Shown: positions 32,285 to 40,346 of the stretch, in pieces
Position numbering within the stretch: the stretch's first letter is position 1
Layout: each line of letters opens with the position of its first letter
NCBI GenBank assembly: GCA_963705505.1
Contig: CAVPJU010000010.1
Location: 224,001-288,000 of the forward strand
Direction of reading: 5' to 3'
From: an uncultured bacterium
GTDB lineage: Bacteria > Desulfobacterota_D > UBA1144 > Nemesobacterales > UBA2774
DNA: 64,000 nt
Notes under the pieces: generated by a model
The model's input: only the letters and a program-made list of their open reading frames with translations
Told to the model about the DNA's origin: nothing
Database searches by the model: none
Translations under genes and position numbers: made by a program

Positions 32285-33554
32285 ATGAGCGATTACGCAT
32301 TTGATTTCCTCTTCATCGGCGCGGGAATACTCGGCTCTTCAGGAGCATACGCGCTTTCAAAAAAACTCGGGGAAAGGGGCAGGAAAGCGAGCATCGGGGT
32401 GATCGACATCGACACCGAGGGGGAGCATTCCTCCACGCTTAAAAACGCGGGAGGAGTGAGGGCGACCTGGAGGAACCGCGCGAACATAGAGCTCTGCAAG
32501 TACTCGATCGATTTCTACGAATCGATAGCTGAGATAATACAGTTCCGCGAGCTCGGATACTTCTGGATGCACGGCGGGAGGTCGTGGGAGGAGATAAAGG
32601 AAAACCACCCGCTCTACGAAGAATACGGGCTCCCCGTCGAATTGCACCCCCCGGAAGACATACCGGCAATCCTCCCGTTCGTCGACAGCCTCGAAGGAAT
32701 AGAGGGGCTCTCCGTCTCGAGGAAGGCGGGACTCATAGACCATTACTCGCTCAGGGAATTTTACAGGGGCGAGGCGCGAAAGAACGGGGTCAGGTTCTTC
32801 GACAGGTGCTACGCGGAAGAGATCTCAGTCGAAGGCGGGAGAGTAAAGACGGTGACCGCATACGATCATCAAAGCGCTCGATAAGGACCGCGCGAGGCTC
32901 GAAGAAAAGGTGAGGCAAATCCTCGAGAAAGACGACGTCGGGGACGATCTGCCGAGAGTGACTTTTAAATGCGGCACGCTCATAAACACGGCGGGAGCGT
33001 GGGCGCCCCGCGTCTCGGAGCTCTACGGGTTTAAGGACGAGGGCATAAAGCCGAGAAGACGCCAGATGGTCGTGCTCGACTGCCCGGACGTCGACCTTTC
33101 GCCTTACGGGATGCTGATCGACACATCGGATATCTACTTCCATCAGGATGGAGCGCATATCCTCGCGGGGTACTCCAACATGGACGAGCCCTACGGTTAC
33201 AATTTCGAATTCAGCTTCGGGGGTATGAGCGAGGAGAGCCCGTTCGTAAAGCACATCTGGCAGCCCCTATGGAAAAGAATAAGCGGGTTCGAGAAGTTGA
33301 AATTCATAAGGGGGTGGGCGGGGATGTACGCAGAGACGCCCGACCGCTCGGGCTACCTCGGGAAAGTCCCCGGACTCGATAACGTCTTTGAGTGCGAGGC
33401 GCATACGGGAAGGGGGCTCATGATATCTTACGGCGCGGGGACGGCGCTTGCCGACCTCCTCGTCGCCGGCAGATTCAGGGAAGAGCTCAAACACGCGGAA
33501 GATCTATCCAGAGAAAGGAAATCAGGGCCTCTCTTTGAAGGGCTGCATTTGTAA
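32285..33554 (+). CDS. FAD-dependent oxidoreductase (DAO/sarcosine oxidase beta-like), split by a +1 frameshift near 32864-32868
   Basis: IGAGILG and NAGGVR in the first ORF; INTAGAW, GWAGMYAETPD and HTGRG in the second; removing one base joins them (YD-IKALDKDRARLEEKVRQ). Confidence 0.85.
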
Positions 33555-33571
33555 AGAATTAAAATTCACTC

Positions 33572-33880
33572 TTATATCTCGATCTTGATGACGTCGCCCA
33601 CAACGTGCACTTTATAGGAGTTGAGGTTCTCCTCGGCGGGCGGCCCGAGGACCTCGCCGGTCTTGATATTGAACTCCGCTCCGTGCCAGGGGCATGTGAC
33701 CGTATCGCCGTATAACTCGCCCTCGCAGAGCGGTCCCCCCACGTGCGTGCAATCGTTGTCTATAGCGTAGTATTCGCCGTCACAGTTAAAGAGAGCGATC
33801 TCCCTCCCGTCCGCCTCGACAAGCTTCCCTTCGCCGGGCGCGATCTCCCCGACTCTCGCAACCTCGATTAGATCTCCCAC
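33572..33880 (-). CDS. Rieske [2Fe-2S] ferredoxin
   Basis: CTH...CPWHG. Confidence 0.93.
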   Translation of the reverse strand: MGDLIEVARVGEIAPGEGKLVEADGREIALFNCDGEYYAIDNDCTHVGGPLCEGELYGDTVTCPWHGAEFNIKTGEVLGPPAEENLNSYKVHVVGDVIKIEI

Positions 33881-33942
33881 TCCTATTCACCTCATCTCAT
33901 AGGGATAATGATATTTTATAATGCAGGGCCGGCGCGGAAGGC

Positions 33943-34260
33943 TTATTCGCCGAGGAATTCGATGGCTTCCTCGAACTCTTCGACCATTCCCGGATGCCCG
34001 TGACGGGTTGCCGCTTCGATCCCCCTCCAGTAGGCCTCTCTCGCCTTCTCCGGCTCGCCTAATTGGATATAGCATTCTGCGAGCATCCTGTAAACGGCCC
34101 CCTCGTCGTCTGCGATCTTCAGATACTCGTTGATCTCCGAGACCGCTTCCTCATACCTCTCGAGTTTGTAATACTCGTTCGCAAGCCCGTACCTGCCCAG
34201 AGGGTTGCCCGGGTCCTTCGCCACGAGAGCTTTAAATGTTTCGATCCTCGAATCAGTCAC
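33943..34260 (-). CDS. Small tetratricopeptide repeat protein
   Basis: DPGNPLGRYGLANEYY...AVYRMLAECYIQLG...AREAY. Confidence 0.85.
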   Translation of the reverse strand: MTDSRIETFKALVAKDPGNPLGRYGLANEYYKLERYEEAVSEINEYLKIADDEGAVYRMLAECYIQLGEPEKAREAYWRGIEAATRHGHPGMVEEFEEAIEFLGE

Positions 34261-34414
34261 CTTAAACCTCCGTCAACTTATTATAAATCAGAATCCGGCA
34301 TAGATTAAATACCCGATTCAAAAGGCCGGGATTAAATAATCTGTTCAGCGAAGGTTGAATGTTCCGTCCGATCCTGAATAATCATTATCCTATAAACACG
34401 GAAAGAGCGGTCAA

Positions 34415-34957
34415 ATGCCGAGAAAAATCATAGACTTTCTATTCAACGCGCTTGCGGTCAAGGAGTTCCTCATATTTTCAGGATGCTTTTTCGCCCTTAC
34501 GGCGTTCGCGATGATAACCACGGATTCCTTTATAAGACCGGCGGGATGTCCCGGGATCATACCGCTCGAGCTCGCGTTCACGAAGTCGGCGTTTGAGAAT
34601 ATAGTCGGTAAATGCGGGGCACAGGGCGTCCGCGCTCACACCATGCTGATCTGGATCGACTATCTTTTCATAATCGCCTATACGAGCTTTGCAGCAAATT
34701 TACTTGGCTCGCTCATCAGGGGTATGGAGCGGAGCAGGGCGCTCAACTACTTCAGCCTTCCGATACTCGCGGGCGTCCTGGACGTAATCGAGAACATATT
34801 GCTGCAGAATCAGCTTTCCAACCCCGAACACCTGAGCGGACTCCTAATACTCGCCGCCTCAACAGCCGCCACCATGAAATTCGTGCTGCTCGGCGCAACG
34901 ATAGCCCTTATCATCTGCTATCTATTCCTGGCTGTTTCGAAGAGGACTCATCACTGA
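34415..34957 (+). CDS. Hypothetical membrane protein
   Basis: Four TM segments; LELAFT, DYLFIIAY and LDVIEN. Confidence 0.75.
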   Translation: MPRKIIDFLFNALAVKEFLIFSGCFFALTAFAMITTDSFIRPAGCPGIIPLELAFTKSAFENIVGKCGAQGVRAHTMLIWIDYLFIIAYTSFAANLLGSLIRGMERSRALNYFSLPILAGVLDVIENILLQNQLSNPEHLSGLLILAASTAATMKFVLLGATIALIICYLFLAVSKRTHH

Positions 34958-35044
34958 CACGAAAAATAAAGTCTTGTAATTGTTAGCTATTTGTACTAGA
35001 ATACCCTTCAAATTCAATATACCGAGTTATATAATTAAAAGTTA

Positions 35045-35449
35045 ATGAGCTTAAATAAAGATGTCCCTAGAATTTTATCGTTTATAGCTCGCGAAACATT
35101 TGGTGAGAGTTATAGGTCATATAAATATTGCTTTGAAAGAGAGCCTATTCCTACTTTAGATTATGAAGACAAGAAAGATATAGAGTATAAGAAGAGTGGA
35201 AAAACAGATAGAAATATTAAAAAACCAAAGTCTGTTAAAAAATTATCTGAATACATTAAATGTAATGAAAAACCACTATTCAAGTATTTTTTAGATGGTA
35301 CAAGGAGAACTTATAAAATTGACGATCTTGTTTACGATAAGCGAATTTATCCATTTATAGCTGGCCAGATTGGAGTTGGATGCTGTGAAAGAAGAAATCC
35401 GGATAATTTCAAACCGATTAAATATTATCGCAACTTATCGAATGTATAA
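35045..35449 (+). pseudogene. AT-rich truncated gene, N-terminus of a possible NurA-like nuclease
   Basis: FKYFLDGTRRTYKIDD...PFIAGQIGVGCC resembles the acidic LDGS/T start of NurA-type RNase-H-fold nucleases; ORF ends abruptly where composition changes. Confidence 0.5.
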
Positions 35450-35733
35450 ATGCATTCCGGCGGAGGATGTGGTTCAGGAGAAAGGTGCTCGAGAAATTCA
35501 TCAGCGAGCAGCTGTTCTTCTACAGATTAAACGAAAACGGGAGACACGAGCTCACTCTCCCGAAGTTCACCAGACGCGAGCTCGAAATCATACAGATGGC
35601 AGGGAAGGGGGTCAAGAACAGAGAAATCGGCCGCAGTCTCTTCATCAGCGAAAAAACCGTCAAACACCATATGTCTAAAATCTTCAGAAAGCTCCAGATC
35701 AAAAGGAGAGCTGAGCTGAGAAGGTACTTGTAG
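35428..35733 (+). pseudogene. C-terminal fragment of a NarL/LuxR-type response regulator
   Basis: In-frame SQLIECINA (end of a receiver domain) then FTRRELEII...GVKNREIGRSLFISEKTVKHHMSKIFRKL (LuxR HTH); in-frame stop at 35419-35421 and no receiver N-terminus. Confidence 0.7.
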
Positions 35734-35872
35734 TCTGCTTTCCAAATACCTGCTCTTCTTCTATCAAACTATCTAAACTTTCTGCAACTCCTATAAATAC
35801 TATACTTTAATCATAATCAGCGCTAAAATTAGCGTAACAACTCAAAAAGCCGCGTTTACAAGGGAGGGAGGC

Positions 35873-36769
35873 ATGATGGGTTTCTATGACTATCTGGGTA
35901 TATGCATTATATCTTTAACGGCCGGGCTTGCTTCCGGCTGTGTGAATTACCAGGCGGTTCAGGATTTCGGGACCGGGACAGGACAGTTCGCAGACTCATA
36001 CGACTCCGTCTTTACGGGGAGCTACGATACATGTCTCGCGACCTCAGAGATCAAGAATATAATTATGGAGCTCGGGCAGACTCCTTCAGCCTCGCCGCTC
36101 AAACAGTACACGAGCGACAAGGAGATATGCTCTCCTTATAAATCCGAAACAGAGGCTTTCAACCAAACGTCTCTCGCGCTCCTCGACTTCAGCAACGCGC
36201 TCAACCTCGTCGTGAAAAGGGCGGAGCTCAAGGGGGCGTTCGAGAACGTCCAGTTCGTCCCGCAATTTACAGGTGTGGATGAAAATATTATTTCGACGGT
36301 TCCCGAGCTGGGCGGGCACAGGGATGACGTGATCACGGTCAACAAGTGGAAGGATTATTTCGCATCGTTCTATGTGCAGAAATCACCGCAGGAGGTCATC
36401 CTCGAAAACCAGCCGAGACTCCAAGCGACGTTCGCGCTACTGGACAAGTTCTCGGATATTTATCAGGTGCAGCTCGACAATTACGAGAGGAACATAAAAC
36501 TCCTGGACACCTTACTCCAAGATAATGAAAGCAGGGACGCTCTCAAGAGGTCATTCGTCATCGACAGAAGCAAGAACCGCGACAGGCGGCAGGAGTTACT
36601 CGACAATTACAACCAGGCGCTCGACGCGGTCAAGGAATCGTATAAGAATATCTACGAGCGCTCGGAGCTTTCCGACCCGCACTACAACGACCCGATTTTT
36701 CAGGAGGATATGAAGGAATTCCTGATAAAGATTTCCAACCTCGTCCAGCAGTCAAAGCTCGTGTCTTAA
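35873..36769 (+). CDS. Hypothetical lipoprotein, helical
   Basis: Lipobox ASGC; GGGAGG RBS. Confidence 0.7.
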   Translation: MMGFYDYLGICIISLTAGLASGCVNYQAVQDFGTGTGQFADSYDSVFTGSYDTCLATSEIKNIIMELGQTPSASPLKQYTSDKEICSPYKSETEAFNQTSLALLDFSNALNLVVKRAELKGAFENVQFVPQFTGVDENIISTVPELGGHRDDVITVNKWKDYFASFYVQKSPQEVILENQPRLQATFALLDKFSDIYQVQLDNYERNIKLLDTLLQDNESRDALKRSFVIDRSKNRDRRQELLDNYNQALDAVKESYKNIYERSELSDPHYNDPIFQEDMKEFLIKISNLVQQSKLVS

Positions 36770-36834
36770 TTCGGAGACCGGTGCACCGGAAGCGCCTCGA
36801 AAGTACGCCGAAGTGTATCCGGAATTCCATGCGG

Positions 36835-37580
36835 TCAGGCGGATTCGCCTCCGAGCCTTTCCCCGATTCTCCGGAGAAGGTCGAAGTCTAAGCCTTCATC
36901 GGCATCATTGCCATGAATAGTTATTGTATTCGAGTGGGTTATGTTAAATACTTGAGAGAATGCTTTAATAATGCTTCCTTCGACCTCAGACAAATCGACC
37001 TCTTCTTTTCGGGATAGCCACCTCTGAATCGAGGTCATTTTTACGTTTTCTATCCCGCAGGGCACTATCATATCGAAATACGAGAGGTCGGTATTCACAT
37101 TGAGCGCGAAACCGTGATACGTAACCCATCTCTTTACTCCAACGCCGATAGACGCGATCTTATGCCATTTTGCCCAGACGCCGGTAATGCCCTTAATCCT
37201 TCTGCCGCGGATACCGAAATCCTCAAGTGAAATAATAATCGTCTCCTCCAGATTGCGGAGGTACTTATGGATATCCCTCCCCATTTCGCTTAGAGTCCAT
37301 TATCGGATATCCGACGAGCTGACCGGGGCCGTGGTACGTAATATCGCCGCCCCTGCTTATCACCTCGAAATGAATGCCGGCTTTCGCAAGGTAGTTCCTG
37401 GCGGCAAGGAGGTTCCCCATATTGCCCCGCCGTCCGATCGTGAATGTAGGAGGGTGCTCAAGGAGTAAAAGTGTATCGCCGATCTCCCCGTTTCTCCTCA
37501 TTTCCAGGAGCTCAAGCTGGAGGTCGAGGGCTTTATCGGTAGGGGACAAGCCCGAGCTTATAGACATTGAAATCAGCCAT
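36835..37580 (-). CDS. lipB: Lipoyl(octanoyl) transferase LipB, broken by two +1 frameshifts (~37538 and ~37294)
   Basis: MADFNVYKLGLVPY/DKALDLQ...LEHPPTFTIG...RGGDITYHGPGQLVGYPIMD/LSEMGRD...KIASIG...HGFALNV...PCG. Confidence 0.9.
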
Positions 37581-37670
37581 GGCTTTATTATAGCCGGGAA
37601 TGGTGGGGTAAGGAATTTGCGGGCGGGTGGGGTTGAGATGACGAATAGCAGAAAGGACAAAAGAAAAAAC

Positions 37671-38014
37671 GAGATTGCCGCGCTCTGCTCGCAATGACAG
37701 AATAAGCAAAGGTACACCCCCATCCTGGCCTATTTTGGGTTGGCAGGCGACGAATCGGGATTCAATTAGCTTAAGTGTCTTTTAGGTAATGGCGTCCTAA
37801 ACCTCTTAATCATCGGTTTAGTTCCCCCTTAAAGGGGGAAGGAAATTAAAGGAAAGGAGGGAATTGAAAGACAAAGATAGATTTCTCATGTTCACTCGAA
37901 ATGACAGGGTGAGGATGAGATTGCCGCGCTGCTTCGCAGCTCGCAATGACAGAATAAGAAAGGTACACCCCCATCCTCACCTTCCCCCTTAATATGGGAG
38001 AAGGGAAATTAAAG
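37671..38014. repeat. Palindromic mini-element cluster 1: two copies of an A+B composite plus an AGATTTCTC..TCGAAATGAC element
   Basis: A = GAGATTGCCGCG..CTCGCAATGAC at 37671 and 37917; B = ACACCCCCATCCT..TTCCCCCTTAA..GGG..AAGG; the first B holds a 91-nt insert. Confidence 0.9.
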
Positions 38015-38036
38015 AAGAAATGACAATAGGAATGTA

Positions 38037-39470
38037 TTAGATATTCCTCGCTCTGCCGAGGGCGGCGAGGGCTGCTTCCATTACGGCCTCAGACAGGGTG
38101 GGGTGGGCGTGGGACGTAATCGCTATCTCTAGCGGAGTAGTTTCGAGCGTCCTGCCGACGGCTATCTCGGCTATGAGCTCGGTCGCCCCGTGGCCGATTA
38201 TGTGGGCGCCCAGAATCTCTCCCGTGGCCTTATCCGAAATAATCTTCACGAAACCTTCGGTCTCGCCCGTGCCTACGGCTTTCCCCGCGGCCCTGAACGG
38301 GAACTTCCCGACGCTGTAGTTGAACCCCTTTTCCTTGACCTGCTTTTCAGTCAGCCCTATCATCGATATCTCGGGCTGGCAGTAAACACAACCGGGTATG
38401 TTGTCGTAGTGGACCTTGCTCTTGAGTCCCGCCATCTTCTCGACGGCGGCGACGCCTTCTTCGGACGCCTTGTGAGCGAGGAGCGGAGGCCCTATGACGT
38501 CGCCTATCGCATAGACGTTATCGCAGGTCGTCATGTAAGAATCGTCCGTCTTTATGAATCCCCTCTCGTTAAGCTCTATTCGCAGGTCACTCAGCCCTAT
38601 ATCGCCCGACTTCTTGTAATAGCTCAAAGAAGTAGGCGCATCGTTCGCGACAGGACGTCTCCCGACAGCGACGAGGACCATCGAGGCGGTCACCGTAACC
38701 TCGCTCTTGTCGGCGAGCTTTTCGAGAATTACGTCCGCGTTCTTTTTCTTTTTCTTCACTTCTTTGAATTTCGTGGAAGTCAGGACCTCGATGCCGTTCT
38801 TTTTGAAATTCTTCTCAAGCTCTCTCGACACCTCTTCGTCAGCGCCCGGAATAAGGTGGTCCATCATCTCGACTATGGTCACTTTGCTTCCGAAGGAGTT
38901 ATACACGTAAGCGAATTCGGCCCCTATATACCCTCCTCCGATAACCACGACTGAATCGGGGACCTCTCTGTGAAAAATCGCTTCGTCGCTGGTCATTATC
39001 TGCTTACCGTCGATCTCAAGCCCCGGCAGTGTCATGGGGACAGACCCCGTGGCTATGAGAATCTTGTCGGTGTCGATCTCTATCTGACCGTTCTCCTGTA
39101 TGACGGCGACCTTATTTTTAGCAATTAGTCTGCCGACCCCTTTAAAGAGTGTGGACTTATTTTTCTTGAGCAGGAATTCAACGCCCTTCGTAAGTGTATT
39201 AGATGCGTTCCGGCTCTTGTCTATCACCTTGGAGAAGTCATAAGTAAGCCCTTTATGTTCTATGCCGAACTCCCCCGAATGCTTGAAGTATTGGTAGACT
39301 TCAGCGCATTTGAGTATCGATTTCGAGGGTATGCAGCCCCAGTTGAGGCAAACGCCTCCGGCCTTATCCCTCTCTATCACCGCAACGTTCATTCCGAGCT
39401 GCGCCGCGCGTATTGCGGCAATGTATCCCCCGGGCCCCGATCCTATCACTGTTAAGTCGAATTTTTCCAT
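38037..39470 (-). CDS. lpdA: Dihydrolipoyl dehydrogenase (copy 1)
   Basis: IGSGPGG, GGVCLNWGCIPSK, LAHKA and HAHPTLSE. Confidence 0.96.
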   Translation of the reverse strand: MEKFDLTVIGSGPGGYIAAIRAAQLGMNVAVIERDKAGGVCLNWGCIPSKSILKCAEVYQYFKHSGEFGIEHKGLTYDFSKVIDKSRNASNTLTKGVEFLLKKNKSTLFKGVGRLIAKNKVAVIQENGQIEIDTDKILIATGSVPMTLPGLEIDGKQIMTSDEAIFHREVPDSVVVIGGGYIGAEFAYVYNSFGSKVTIVEMMDHLIPGADEEVSRELEKNFKKNGIEVLTSTKFKEVKKKKKNADVILEKLADKSEVTVTASMVLVAVGRRPVANDAPTSLSYYKKSGDIGLSDLRIELNERGFIKTDDSYMTTCDNVYAIGDVIGPPLLAHKASEEGVAAVEKMAGLKSKVHYDNIPGCVYCQPEISMIGLTEKQVKEKGFNYSVGKFPFRAAGKAVGTGETEGFVKIISDKATGEILGAHIIGHGATELIAEIAVGRTLETTPLEIAITSHAHPTLSEAVMEAALAALGRARNI

Positions 39471-39528
39471 GGCAGGGACTATTATATATTCAATAGAAAG
39501 TGCGTCAATTGTTTTTTGGGGGGAAAAA

Positions 39529-40238
39529 GAGATTGCCGCGGTTCCTTCGGAACCTCGCAATGACAGATTAAAAAACAAACACGAGACCCTGAATAGATTT
39601 CAGGGTGACGGATTATGGATTCCCGATTTGTTAAAATTTGATTTAGCGGATTGCCAAAGTTAAATAGCAGAATGCTATATAAGCAAAGGCGTCCGGTTCT
39701 TTCTAATTTGGCTTCTACAACATCAGCACGGAGTGATATTCGCGTTCATGGATTCAACTATGAATGACCAATTCTTCACTTGTTCAGAATTGTTGCTCAG
39801 AACCGTTATTCGGGAATGACAAGAATTGATTTTTAAAGGTACACCCCCACCCAGACCCTCCCCCCTCAAGGGGGAGGGAAATAGAAAAAGACTCAGGACA
39901 TTATTGCATTTAGCGAATGGCGTCCGATTCCTTGCTTGCTCGGAATCGTCCCGTAAAACATTTTTATACGCATTAACAAGCGATTTTCTTAACGCCAATT
40001 CTGTGAATGTCGGGGAAAAGGAAAAGCGTTGAGGAACGATAGAATTATTAAGGTACACCCCCACCCAGACCCTCCCCCTCAAGGGGGAGGGGATTATAAA
40101 CAAGAGCAATAGAAAAGAAGAGATCCTGAATATTCTGCGTTAACAAACGAACTACAGTGGAACAGCCGCATTGTTGCATTTAGCCAATGGACGCGCATTC
40201 CTCTGTGCATCGCTTCAGTTCCCCCTCAAGGGGGAGGG
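39529..40238. repeat. Palindromic mini-element cluster 2 between divergent lpdA and aceE
   Basis: A at 39529-39564; D GAGACCCTGAA..TTCAGGGTGAC at 39583-39609; split E GGATTCCCGA..TCGGGAATGAC at 39617-39820; B at ~39841-39878, ~40055-40091 and partial 40219-40238. Confidence 0.9.
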
Positions 40239-40346
40239 AAATGGAAAAGTGCCGCGGGTGGAAGCTGTTAATGATGGTTGACTTAAGCAACGCGTGTGCA
40301 TTATTATTTTTATTATAGATTTTCTTCCGCCCGACAGGTCACACGA

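Noticed and set aside
39890..39960. Cassettes as literal sequencing adapter or vector sequence
   Set aside because: Only short matches such as GGCGTC to adapter or f1-origin sequences that I recall, with no convincing alignment. A base-calling artifact is still not excluded.
39723..40109. ORF-track proteins across the repeat clusters (39723-40109, 39826-40032, 52468-52707, N-terminus of 37265-37723)
   Set aside because: They are translations of palindromic elements (PSPLRGEG, VIASR, etc.) without convincing RBS; only the cassette motif inside them was kept as a finding.
37731..40218. Diversity-generating retroelement TR/VR pair (I1 vs I4 show some A/G differences)
   Set aside because: Differences also affect C, G and T and include indels; no reverse transcriptase or target gene is in the window.
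39529..40238. CRISPR array interpretation of the repeated hairpins with intervening sequences
   Set aside because: The repeats belong to several families, spacing is irregular, the intervening sequences are homologous to each other rather than unique, and no cas genes are present.
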